Shown here: piece by piece, positions 20,594 to 29,619 of the stretch
Numbering within the stretch: position 1 is the stretch's first letter
Layout: every line of letters begins with the position of its first letter
Translations under genes and position numbers: made by a program
Notes under the pieces: model-generated
Told to the model about the DNA's origin: nothing
Database searches by the model: none
What the model saw: the letters and a program-made list of their open reading frames with translations, nothing else
NCBI GenBank assembly: GCA_040771865.1
Contig: JAXGZF010000003.1
Span: forward strand, 1-64,000
Direction of reading: 5' to 3'
Origin: Desulfobacterales bacterium
GTDB lineage: Bacteria > Desulfobacterota > Desulfobacteria > Desulfobacterales > UBA2245
DNA length: 64,000 bases

Positions 20594-21739
20594 TTACTTC
20601 TTGTTCGGATTGTGTTTTCTCGGTTTTCCTTCTATTCTTTCAATGGGATCATTGATGTAGACCCTTCCCAGTCCGATCGCCGAAGTAATGATTCCGCCTT
20701 TTCGATCCTCGCTGATGCCCTCTGTATATCCGAGGTCCACCGGCACCTTGCCTCTGCCGCCCTGCGCATCCACGACATAGGTCGGGCGAAGAAACCCGGT
20801 CGTGGCGCCGCAAAGGTTTCTGCAGATCTCCTTGCCTTTGTAGATCGCGGTTCTAAAATGACCCGTGCCCTCAACAAGATCCGCGTAATAGAGATAATAT
20901 GGCCGTACGCCGATTCTGCCCAGACCGTGCACCAGATCTCTCATGACATCGGTGTCGTCGTTGACGCCCTTGAGCAGAACACTCTGGTTGGCGATGGGAA
21001 TGCCAAGCTCACGTAAAATTTTAACAGCCTGAAAAGACTGGTTGGTGATTTCATTCGGATGATTAAAGTGGGTATTGATGTAGAGTTGCGGTTCTTTCAG
21101 CGACCGGGGCGCATGTTTTTTCAGCATTTCGACGAATTCGGCATCTTCAATGATTTTTTGCGGCCAGACGCAGGGGACTCTCGTGCCGATTCTCATCAGA
21201 TCGAGGTGGTGAATGGCTCTGAGTTTTCCAAGGATTTCATCAAGCCGTTTGGTCGGAATCAGCAATGGATCTCCACCCGATATCAAGACGTCTCGAATCT
21301 CTTCGTGCGAAGCAATGTATTCAATGCCCTTGTTGATATCCTCCAAAGTTGGATTTTTCCGGTTGTCGCCGACTTTTCGTTTCCGGGTGCAGAATCGGCA
21401 ATACATCGCGCATTCGTTTGAGACAAAGAGCAGAACCCTGTCCGGATACCTGTGAATGATCGTCCTCGGGCCGCCAAGCGGAATATCTCCTTCCTCATCC
21501 AGTGGATCTTCCGAAAGGTCCATATAGCGCTCAAGCTCCTCGACATTCGGAATTGCCTGTTTCCAGATGCCGTCATTGATCTTTTCAATCAGGCCGAGGT
21601 AATACGTATTGACCCGCATGGGATATCTGGCAATGACGTCCTTCAGCTTGGGATCCACTCTTGCCTTCCGCCCCTTGAGCCATTTCTCCAGATCTTCATA
21701 TGTCCGTATGCTGTTTTTTAAAACATCCTTGTATGCCAT
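20594..21739 (-). CDS. KamA-family radical SAM aminomutase (lysine/glutamate 2,3-aminomutase-like)
   Basis: HRYPDRVL, CAMYCRFCTRKR, ISGGDPL, THFNHP, NQSVLLKGVND, GGRGKVP; AAGGAG SD before ATG 21739. Confidence 0.9.
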   Translation of the reverse strand: MAYKDVLKNSIRTYEDLEKWLKGRKARVDPKLKDVIARYPMRVNTYYLGLIEKINDGIWKQAIPNVEELERYMDLSEDPLDEEGDIPLGGPRTIIHRYPDRVLLFVSNECAMYCRFCTRKRKVGDNRKNPTLEDINKGIEYIASHEEIRDVLISGGDPLLIPTKRLDEILGKLRAIHHLDLMRIGTRVPCVWPQKIIEDAEFVEMLKKHAPRSLKEPQLYINTHFNHPNEITNQSFQAVKILRELGIPIANQSVLLKGVNDDTDVMRDLVHGLGRIGVRPYYLYYADLVEGTGHFRTAIYKGKEICRNLCGATTGFLRPTYVVDAQGGRGKVPVDLGYTEGISEDRKGGIITSAIGLGRVYINDPIERIEGKPRKHNPNKK

Positions 21740-21935
21740 TGAGAGTTCTCCTTTGCTTCCAGATGAACATGCAGCAGCGCGGCATCTTCGGGGCATTCTG
21801 AATATCGTGGCACGGCGCCCGTAATAGCTGCTTTTTGCAGGCATTATAGCGCAGCTTGAACAATTATGCACATGCTCGTTTTCCCGGCCCGGATCTGACC
21901 GGTTTTCAAGGGAATTTCCAGAATTTCCAGTCAAA

Positions 21936-22679
21936 TCAATAAGCCGACCTGCACTCGATTCCCCATCTCATACAGTCGTTTGCGATCCGGTTTCCAATCA
22001 TTTTGAAGTAAGCGTCGGCATTCTTCTCTTTCCACCCGTGTTTTTCGTAGATCCTGTCGGCGTGGCGGTAATTCATGCGGTCGATGATGATATAGTCTAC
22101 TTTCCCCGCCAGCATCGCGGTCAGATTCTCGGCTTCAGGAAGCATCGGCGCAATCATCGCGTAGGTCCTGATGCCGTTTTGATGCAGCGACTCAACCGCT
22201 CTCAGCCGTTCCATGATAGAAGGTGCATTGGGTTCAAATATTTTTCTGATTTCATCATTTGCGGTGGTGATGGAAAGCCCGACTTCGATCTCTTTGGATC
22301 TCCTGAATATATCCATATCCCGAAGCACCAGGGGGGATCGCGTCTGAACGACCGCCGGCCAGTCGTTTTGAACTAGAATATCGAGACATTTTCTCGTAAT
22401 TCCGTATTTTGCCTCCAGAGGCTGGTACGGGTCGCACACGCCGCTGATCCACACGGTCCCCTTCCTCTTCTTACGTATTTCTTTTTCCAATAAATCAGGC
22501 GCGTTGATTTTGATATCCACAAAATCTCCCCAGGGCTCCCTGTGCCCGGTGAATCTCTTCATGAACCTGGCATAACAGTAAGAACACGCATGCTGGCATC
22601 CGACGTAAGGGTTGATGACGTAGTCGAACACTTTTGACGGGGAGAGAATGGATTTTGAATATATTTCTGCTATCTTCAC
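21936..22679 (-). CDS. Spore-photoproduct-lyase-like radical SAM protein
   Basis: INPYVGCQHACSYCYA, DPYQPLE, TRSPLVLRD, FEPNAPS; AGGAG SD before GTG 22679. Confidence 0.85.
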   Translation of the reverse strand: MKIAEIYSKSILSPSKVFDYVINPYVGCQHACSYCYARFMKRFTGHREPWGDFVDIKINAPDLLEKEIRKKRKGTVWISGVCDPYQPLEAKYGITRKCLDILVQNDWPAVVQTRSPLVLRDMDIFRRSKEIEVGLSITTANDEIRKIFEPNAPSIMERLRAVESLHQNGIRTYAMIAPMLPEAENLTAMLAGKVDYIIIDRMNYRHADRIYEKHGWKEKNADAYFKMIGNRIANDCMRWGIECRSAY

Positions 22680-22715
22680 CGCTGGTCGCAACTCCTGTGG
22701 CGGCCGCAAAACTAT

Positions 22716-22866
22716 CTAACAGGCTGTTGAAAAACTGCGCCTGAGGCCGCCATTCAGCGTTGCGCGGCTTTCGCCAATGCTCACATATGCTTGAATATGC
22801 TGCGCTTGTCGCATCGCCGCGCGCCTTGCCTGACGGCCTGATTCTTGTTTTTCAACACCCTGCTAA
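22716..22866 (+). mobile_element. 151-bp MITE-like element, copy 3
   Basis: Near-identical to copies 2 and 4; CTAA at both ends. Confidence 0.88.
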
Positions 22867-22921
22867 TACTATTTGGGGCCGGATTGTCTGACGCCACCTG
22901 GTTTGAGCTGGTACTACCATA

Positions 22922-22985
22922 TCATTTTGGCGGCATAATGTTACGATTTATTTCGTAATGTCAACGGGCCGGTTTGGTCCGCCCC
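22922..22985 (-). repeat. Island boundary motif type B, copy 1
   Basis: Minus strand GGGGCGGACCAAACCGGCCCGTTGACATTACGAAATAAATCGTAA; similar to 24913-24976 and 27622-27667. Confidence 0.75.
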
Positions 22986-23387
22986 TGATCCCACCGCAAA
23001 CCAGAAGGCGAAAGAATGCACGCAGACAGTAAGTGAGCGCACAAATGTCTCATTCCGCTAAATTTTGTTGAAAAATTCGGCATTGTATCCACACGCACAG
23101 GGCTTCACGGCGCCTGTCCTGCGAGTTTAAACGGACATCAGGAAATCAAGCCCGAATGAATTTTTTTTATTGGACGGCTTTCGGAAAAATTCTACGAAGT
23201 GGATGTTAAAAGGAGCTCCTTCCTGATGCGGCCAGAAATCGGACTTTCTGAAAGGACAGGGATCCGGAAATTTATTGACTTTCGAACCCGGATTGTCAGA
23301 GGATATGGCGCTGAATGGATTTCTTCTAAAAGGTATTGCGTGAGGCAAGATTCCAACAGAACTCAATGATAAAGGGAGTAAAAGGAC

Positions 23388-24824
23388 ATGAAAAAATGTT
23401 CGAAGACCGAGTCCGGGGGAATGACCAGAAGAGACGTGTTTAAGCTCTCTGGGCTGGCGATGGGGGGCCTTGCGGTTGGAGGCTTAACGAGCGGCTGCGG
23501 AAACGGGGCTCATGCGGAATCGACGGATGATCCGACACAGCGATATACCTATTTTGATGAACTGCCTGAGTGCCAGCCAGGCGAGCCTCTTGACGCGGAT
23601 GAGATGCGAATCACCTTTCTGGGCTCGTGGTATGCTCCGCGGATCGCCCAGGCATGCAACAGCATCTTTGTCGAGGTGGGCGGCGGCCCCGGCGGAACGG
23701 CTGCGGACCAGTTCATCTTTGACTGCGGATCGGGCGTATCGGCCAAATACAACGCCATGGGCATTCCCATGTCGAAAATGAATAAGATTTTTCTCACCCA
23801 TCTGCACGGCGACCATATGAGCGATCTGACGCACATCTACTGCTTCGGTCCCTCCTACGATCGCAAATCGCCCCTGTACGTCTGGGGCCCGACGAATTCA
23901 GGCCTCACCTATACCGATCCTTATCGTAACGAGGTGCGTGGACCATATGAGGACGGGACGAGAGCCTATTGCGAAAACCTGCGGAAAGCGCTGCGCTGGC
24001 ACACGGAAAGCTTCAGCTTTCAGTCCACCGCCATAGTCGGCTTCATGCCTCCCACGCAGCAAGACTGGGGGCTTCCCGCTGCCCCCATTCCGGTTGAGGA
24101 TGATGACGCCGCAGACGCCTATGCGCTGATTCCGATCGAACTGGACTGGAAGACAGAGGGGGGAACGGCTTACAACAACCCGTCAACCGGTGTGAAAATC
24201 ACGCATTTTCCTGCGGTGCATTGCCGGCAGGGCTCGATCAGCTACAAGCTGGAATGGAAAGGCCTTTCGATGATTTTCACCGGAGATACCAGGCCCAGCT
24301 ACTATGTCGTCGACCAGGCAACGGCCGGTGTGGATGTGCTGATCCATGAGATCACAACCTCTGCGGAGGTCTGGGCCGAAAATTTTGTGGGAATTGATCC
24401 AGACAATCCAGCTTGGGAACTGGTTGTTGAAGACCTGCAGAATGTGCAGGATTCATCGCATACGCCGCAAAAGGCTTTCGGCTATATTCTCAGCCAGCTC
24501 GAAATTCCGCCGCGGCTGGCCGTGTGTACTCATTTCCCGGCCACGGACGATACGGTAAATGCCGCTCTTTCAGATATCCGGCTCTGGTATCCAGCAGGCG
24601 AGGTCACAGTGGCTACGGATTTCATGGTCATCAATGTGTCGAAAGGGGGAATTCAGCAGCGCAGAGCCGTGGTTTCGAATTACGCATGGCCCAACGTTCC
24701 CCTTCCGCCTTCCGGGACAGAGTACGCCGTTCCTAAATATAACGACGGAGCCAGTTCGGATCCGCTCGCGCAGCTCGACCCGGACGCAGATGTCATCCCT
24801 GCGGAAGCATACAATGCACGATAA
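23388..24824 (+). CDS. Tat-exported RNase Z/arylsulfatase-like MBL-fold hydrolase (GntH-like family)
   Basis: TRRDVFK Tat motif with possible lipobox LTSGC; ITFLGS, FDCGSG, THLHGDH, FTGDT, LIHE, SHT, TH. Confidence 0.82.
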   Translation: MKKCSKTESGGMTRRDVFKLSGLAMGGLAVGGLTSGCGNGAHAESTDDPTQRYTYFDELPECQPGEPLDADEMRITFLGSWYAPRIAQACNSIFVEVGGGPGGTAADQFIFDCGSGVSAKYNAMGIPMSKMNKIFLTHLHGDHMSDLTHIYCFGPSYDRKSPLYVWGPTNSGLTYTDPYRNEVRGPYEDGTRAYCENLRKALRWHTESFSFQSTAIVGFMPPTQQDWGLPAAPIPVEDDDAADAYALIPIELDWKTEGGTAYNNPSTGVKITHFPAVHCRQGSISYKLEWKGLSMIFTGDTRPSYYVVDQATAGVDVLIHEITTSAEVWAENFVGIDPDNPAWELVVEDLQNVQDSSHTPQKAFGYILSQLEIPPRLAVCTHFPATDDTVNAALSDIRLWYPAGEVTVATDFMVINVSKGGIQQRRAVVSNYAWPNVPLPPSGTEYAVPKYNDGASSDPLAQLDPDADVIPAEAYNAR

Positions 24825-24912
24825 CGACCCGTGAGACGCTGTTTCAGAATAGTCTTGCGCGTGGTTGCCGCCTTCGGAACCGGTTTATAGCCGCCAAACT
24901 GAACGGCCAAGA

Positions 24913-24976
24913 TCATTTTGGCGCCGCATTAACGATTTGTTTCGGAATGTCAACAGGCTGGTTTGGTCCGACCTCC
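24913..24976 (-). repeat. Island boundary motif type B, copy 2
   Basis: Minus strand GGAGGTCGGACCAAACCAGCCTGTTGACATTCCGAAACAAATCGTTAA...GCCAAAATGAT. Confidence 0.75.
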
Positions 24977-25019
24977 GATTCCGATCCTTGATAAACAAAC
25001 AGCGCTCAAGCCATCGGCC

Positions 25020-26108
25020 TCAATCCAGGGACGCTTCACTGAACTCGTGTCTCAGATCTTCGACGTGGATGCCTTCGTACACGCCTGGAAGCGTGGCCTC
25101 CTTAAGGATATTGTCCCTCGATCCCCAGTACCAGGCAACCGTGTACGTGAAGGGGACGATTGCCTGGTACCGCTTGAGCGTCGAAACCGCGACGATCTTC
25201 CTGCCCGGCGGCACCCTGACGGGAACAGACCAGGACACCTCTTCCGTGCTGGTGTTTTCGTACGAGTTGCCCAATTCGGTGGAAGCGGACGCTTCAAAGG
25301 TCGCCTTGGCGCCGACCGCTCCCGGCAGTCCCGCTGAAACCTCGGCGCCAAACTTCAATCCGAACGCCGCCTTGAATGTCAGAGTTTTTGTCGTGGTGAC
25401 CTTCTTCATGTCTTTGTAGGTAACGGTCTGTTCCACCGAAGTTCTGTTGGGTATCTCCTGCTGCGCCAGCCGCTCCGGAACCGCCTTGAGACTGGCGGCC
25501 TCGAGCGCGGCGAGGTCGTACTTAATATCCTTGATGTAGCAGGGCGCGCCGAAATGAAAGGTCATGCTGGTGACGGCGCGGCTAATGCTTTTTGCGCTGT
25601 GCCTTCTCTGGTTGACATGTCCGCTGATGGTTCTCAACCCGCCGATGCCGGATTCGCTGACAACAAACGGCTTTCCGAACACTCCCCCGAACCGGGGAGA
25701 TGCGGAGCCTCTGTCGGTGAAGAATCTAAGCCGGCTGATATAATGCCCGGCGATTTCTCCTTCAATGCGAACGATTCTCTCACCTTCCGGGACCTTCCAT
25801 ACGGACCGGCCGGGAAGCTCGTTTTCTTTTGGGCCGATGTGAAAGAGCCCTTGACCATCCCGGCCGTAATAGAGGCGAATCCCGTAAATGAACCCGTTGG
25901 AAGCCACTTCGACCTTGGTGATCGGACCTTTGCTGACAATTTCTTCCGGATCACGGAATTCCACACAACCCTTATGGATCGTCCCGGTAACCGTGTATTC
26001 ATTCGGCTGGTACACTTCCGAGAACCCGCGAAAAGCGCCGTCCTGGCTGCTTGCACAGCCGCATACGGACGGGAGGATGAACAGAATTGCTAAAAAGATC
26101 CGTGACAT
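25020..26108 (-). CDS. Lipoprotein with jacalin-like lectin domain and aerolysin/ETX-MTX2-type beta-pore-forming domain
   Basis: Lipobox-like VCGC; ITKVEV..IYGIRLYY..GERIVRIEG..ISRLRFFTDRG..SPRFGG; then IKYD..NRTSVEQT, an amphipathic hairpin, a Ser/Thr-rich stretch, VRVPPG, VPFTYT and GVYEG. Confidence 0.75.
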   Translation of the reverse strand: MSRIFLAILFILPSVCGCASSQDGAFRGFSEVYQPNEYTVTGTIHKGCVEFRDPEEIVSKGPITKVEVASNGFIYGIRLYYGRDGQGLFHIGPKENELPGRSVWKVPEGERIVRIEGEIAGHYISRLRFFTDRGSASPRFGGVFGKPFVVSESGIGGLRTISGHVNQRRHSAKSISRAVTSMTFHFGAPCYIKDIKYDLAALEAASLKAVPERLAQQEIPNRTSVEQTVTYKDMKKVTTTKTLTFKAAFGLKFGAEVSAGLPGAVGAKATFEASASTELGNSYENTSTEEVSWSVPVRVPPGRKIVAVSTLKRYQAIVPFTYTVAWYWGSRDNILKEATLPGVYEGIHVEDLRHEFSEASLD

Positions 26109-26229
26109 GATAAGGTTTCCTTTTCTCTTGAAACGGCAGATATTCCTTCAATGCTTCAGCTTCCACCTTTGACAAAATCCGGGCAGCAGCACCCGACTCG
26201 GCGTTGCGGCCGGATGCAATCAAGGGGAT

Positions 26230-26742
26230 TTACTGGTAGAAGTCATCCCAGGGAACTTTCTCAATAACCGGCGCTTTGCCGCCCGCTTGTATGGTAATCT
26301 TCGTCGTAACCGGCTGCGCAACGTGACAGTCGCCGAATTCAAACTCATGGCGGGGCAGCACTGTTTCCGAGTTTCGTCTCACTTCGGCCCAGGCGGACAT
26401 GAAGCCGCCGCATCTGCCCTGAAGGTTGGCGTTGCCGGGCAATGCGCCGATCGTGATATCGTAGATGCCGTCACTGAGTTTGCACTGGCCGTGGACCGTT
26501 TTGCATGAAGCGATGCAGTCTCCGTTCTTCCTGTCTTTAACCACAAGCGACCAGGGATCCCATTGGCGGGAGCCCTTGTTCTTCACCAATTCCTTTCCGG
26601 CCTCGTCATGAGCGCCGACGTACGTGAGAATGACCGCGTCCGCCTTCTCATCACATTCATAGCCTGCCAGTTTGCAGAAGAAGTCCGCGTGAGCAGATGC
26701 GGTCGACAATAAGATGAAGGCAATTACGAAAAAGGATTTCAT
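26230..26742 (-). CDS. Hypothetical secreted Cys-rich protein
   Basis: Signal peptide MKSFFVIAFILLSTASAHA; several Cys; GGAGG SD 6 nt before ATG 26742. Confidence 0.7.
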   Translation of the reverse strand: MKSFFVIAFILLSTASAHADFFCKLAGYECDEKADAVILTYVGAHDEAGKELVKNKGSRQWDPWSLVVKDRKNGDCIASCKTVHGQCKLSDGIYDITIGALPGNANLQGRCGGFMSAWAEVRRNSETVLPRHEFEFGDCHVAQPVTTKITIQAGGKAPVIEKVPWDDFYQ

Positions 26743-27049
26743 GAGCATCCTCCAGCGGAGCATTTGCCATGGCAGAACGATATGCCGTTCATTACCATCT
26801 CTAGTTGATTATGACAAGCCAAACATCGATAAGACCGGCCCGTCCTGACGGATATCAAGGTTGAGACTCCGTCAGGAACCCTTTGAATTCCGCTTGCATA
26901 CGAAAGGGTTGTTTTATTTCGAAGCTGTAGTAGAAATGAAGGGAAAAGCGCCATCCATAGGGGAACAACGTGGCCTTGAGACGGATGCTCCGGCGGATCT
27001 GCACGAGGGCGCGATCGGGAATTCCGAGTGAATGTGAAGGAGGTGAATT

Positions 27050-27517
27050 ATGTTGCGTGCATTGCTTGTCTGTTCGATCATCGTCACAGGTGTTTTGGCT
27101 TACGGTGAACCGCCTTTGAAACCGGTGCATCCCGATGAACCGGCCAGCCATACATTCGAGGAAAGGCTTTCCGCCAGGCGTTCGCTGGAAAGCCTGGCCG
27201 CAATTCAATCCGCGCTGGACAGCTTCAGAGAACTCACAAAGGCGTCGGCTGGTAAAATACCCGAAAAGAAGCTGGCTGAAATCGGAAATACCGGCTGGGA
27301 AATGCAGAATCTGGGGTTTGTCAATCATGTGGAAACTGTGAGAGGAACCATACTGAAACAGGACTATCTGATCAAGAAACTGACCTACGAGCTGGCGCAG
27401 AGAAAATTGAAATCAGGGGAGATTGATCCAAAGAGTCTGCTCGAGGTCCAGGGCGAATACGAAAATGCGGAAAAGCGGTTTCAGGAATTCTGGAGCGCTT
27501 TCGGCATCGCGGATTAA
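27050..27517 (+). CDS. Hypothetical secreted alpha-helical protein
   Basis: Strong SD AAGGAGGTGA; signal peptide; helical composition. Confidence 0.7.
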   Translation: MLRALLVCSIIVTGVLAYGEPPLKPVHPDEPASHTFEERLSARRSLESLAAIQSALDSFRELTKASAGKIPEKKLAEIGNTGWEMQNLGFVNHVETVRGTILKQDYLIKKLTYELAQRKLKSGEIDPKSLLEVQGEYENAEKRFQEFWSAFGIAD

Positions 27518-27621
27518 GTTTGCCGCGTCGATGGTCGAATCGACCCATGTCGTTGTAATTACGCGTTCATGACCGTCGATCCGGCTCGCGCCATTGGCGT
27601 TATTTCGCTTAAATCGTATTT

Positions 27622-27667
27622 TTACGATTTATTTCGTTATGTCAAGGGGTTGGTTCGGTCCGACCCC
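27622..27667 (-). repeat. Island boundary motif type B, copy 3 (with sigma70-like promoter)
   Basis: Minus strand GGGGTCGGACCGAACCAACCCCTTGACATAACGAAATAAATCGTAAAAAT. Confidence 0.75.
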
Positions 27668-27705
27668 GATTCCCGCCCCAACGTCCGAGTTGGGCGGCGG
27701 CCGGC

Positions 27706-28380
27706 TCACAGCCGAGCCAGATATCCGGGTCCGCCCAGGGCTCTGACTGCGGCCTCGATTTCAAAGGCCCGCTTCCGGACGTACTCAGAAGGACGGAGCG
27801 CTGACATGCGTTTCGGGCTGGGAAGCACGGCGGCCAGAAGCGCTGCCTCATGGGAGGTGATTCGGCTCGGGTGCTTGCCAAAGAACAATCGACTCGCTGC
27901 ATCAACTCCGTACACTCCTGGGCCGAACTCCACCACGTTGAGATAGACTTCGAGAATGCGGCGCTTCGGCCACGTGAACTCTATGAGCACGGTGAAATAG
28001 GCTTCGAGAGCCTTGCGAAGCAAGCTCCGGCCGGGCCAAAGGTACAGGTTCTTGGCAAGCTGCTGGGAGATTGTGCTGGCCCCGCGCCGGTGTCGACGAT
28101 CTTCCTGGAGCGCTTCCGAAAGCGACTGAAAGTCGAATCCATGATGGTGCGGGAACTTCTGGTCTTCGGCCGCAACAACGGAGATGGGAAGAGCGGGGGA
28201 GATCTCATTCAAGGGAACCCACCGCTGGTGGATGCGGCCTTTATGGTGCAACCGGTCCTGAAGGATGAAGGCGGTCGTGGGTGGTGCGATCCAACGCCAG
28301 GGAAGGGTCAGCGCCATGCTGAAAAGCATTACGACCCCGAGCGCCGTTGCGGCGTACCGCCGAAAACGCCTCCCTTCCAA
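27706..28380 (-). CDS. mtgA: Monofunctional biosynthetic peptidoglycan transglycosylase
   Basis: AAEDQKF..HHGFD, RGASTISQQLAKNLYL, RKALE, KRRILEVYLN, LPSP; true start uncertain because ATG 28425 lies inside the transposon end. Confidence 0.85.
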   Translation of the reverse strand: MEGRRFRRYAATALGVVMLFSMALTLPWRWIAPPTTAFILQDRLHHKGRIHQRWVPLNEISPALPISVVAAEDQKFPHHHGFDFQSLSEALQEDRRHRRGASTISQQLAKNLYLWPGRSLLRKALEAYFTVLIEFTWPKRRILEVYLNVVEFGPGVYGVDAASRLFFGKHPSRITSHEAALLAAVLPSPKRMSALRPSEYVRKRAFEIEAAVRALGGPGYLARL

Positions 28381-28398
28381 TCTGTTGCTACTTTTTTT

Positions 28399-29492
28399 GG
28401 AGGACACGCATTGATATATTGGCATAAATCATTTCGGAACCTTGAGGTTCTTGTCTCTTACGATCTTTTCGCCCCGTTTGACCGATTGGCTGGCCGTGGG
28501 TTGAGAAATGCCAAGCCTTCCGGCCAGTTCCACCGTGCTTAGACCAAGCTCCCGAACTGCCCAGTAACATAGCACGCTGCGGGCTTCGACCGTGTCCGGA
28601 TACCTTCCCGGCCGCGCAACAACATCCCGCTCTAAATCCAGCAGGGTTGCCACCTGACATGTCAGCCAATCCAGATCATGCCCTTTGGCCTGATGATGAT
28701 AACGGCGCTCGAACTGCTGTCGGCAGCCATTCAACACATCTTGCACAAAATCGCCGTTCCCAAGGATGCGTTCGTCCCCCTTAATGTGTTCTTTGGCTTT
28801 TCGCAAAGCCTTTGCGGCCGACCACCCGCCCAGACTTCGTATTAAACCGCCGCCGACCAGATCCGGCCTTTTTCCTTCGACGATGCCTTTCTCGACAAAT
28901 TTGACGTACAAACGCCGCGCCTCGGATGCCTTTTCCCCGAATAAGGACAATACATACTGGGTGTTTTGCCAACCATTTTGGCACTTGCCGGCCAAGGCGC
29001 AATGCCCGCCATAGACGAATCCCTTCAAACTTTTATAATCGGGAACTAACCTGGCTCGCAAGGGGTTCAGGTGAATATAGCGGACCAGTTCCTTCAGATA
29101 GGGGTCTTCCTGGCAGAGAATGGACTTGTAGCGGTTCTGAAAAACGTGGCCGTGACGTCGATGCCGCCGGTTGAACTGGACGGCGTATCCCGTCAGAAGC
29201 CTTCTCATGACTGTGGCAATTGGCGTAAGACCGGTGCGCAATAAAAGATGCGCGTGATTGGGAATCAGAGCCCATGCAAAACAATCGGTATGCGTATCGA
29301 TCAATACCCGGCCGAACCGGGTTAAAAAGGCGTTGCGGTCCGTATCGTCGTAGAAGATTTTGCGGCGCTCGATTCCGCGAAAAATAATGTGATGCAAGGC
29401 GCCTGGAGCGTCAATTCTGGATTTTCGTGGCATGCTGATTTAAATAGACGAAACGTAAAATCATGTCAATCAATATATCAATGCCCGTCCCC
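28399..29492 (-). mobile_element. HUH/Y1 (RAYT-like) element with ~22-bp imperfect inverted ends
   Basis: Ends GGGGACGGGCATTGATATATTG (29492-29471, minus) and GGAGGACACGCATTGATATATTG (28399-28421, plus) bracket a single transposase gene. Confidence 0.75.
28429..29433 (-). CDS. REP-associated tyrosine transposase-like (Y1 HUH) protein with C-terminal HTH
   Basis: MPRKSRIDAPGALHHIIFRGIERRKIF, PNHAHLL (HUH), YAVQFNRRH.R.GHVFQNRY, YIHLNP (catalytic Tyr), C-terminal ELAGRLGISQPTAS. Confidence 0.9.
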   Translation of the reverse strand: MPRKSRIDAPGALHHIIFRGIERRKIFYDDTDRNAFLTRFGRVLIDTHTDCFAWALIPNHAHLLLRTGLTPIATVMRRLLTGYAVQFNRRHRRHGHVFQNRYKSILCQEDPYLKELVRYIHLNPLRARLVPDYKSLKGFVYGGHCALAGKCQNGWQNTQYVLSLFGEKASEARRLYVKFVEKGIVEGKRPDLVGGGLIRSLGGWSAAKALRKAKEHIKGDERILGNGDFVQDVLNGCRQQFERRYHHQAKGHDLDWLTCQVATLLDLERDVVARPGRYPDTVEARSVLCYWAVRELGLSTVELAGRLGISQPTASQSVKRGEKIVRDKNLKVPK

Positions 29493-29619
29493 AAGTACGC
29501 CCGTCCCCAAGTACGCCCGTCCCCAAGTACGCCCGTCCCCAAGTACGCCCGTCCCCAAGTACGCCGTGCCCGTCCCCAAGTACGCCGTCCCCAAGTACGC
29601 CCGTCCCCAAGTACGCCCC
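29483..29619. repeat. Tandem array of 8 units GCCCGTCCCCAAGTAC (16 bp; one 15-bp unit, one 5-bp insert)
   Basis: Read directly; starts inside the transposase-proximal end; no spacers. Confidence 0.95.

Noticed and set aside
22995..23125. c-di-GMP-I riboswitch (GCAAACC...GAAAG; CACGCACAGGGC)
   Set aside because: The stem around GAAA does not pair and the second helix is missing
28381..28425. MPIYQC... start for mtgA
   Set aside because: This ATG lies inside the transposon right end; the native start is probably downstream or was displaced
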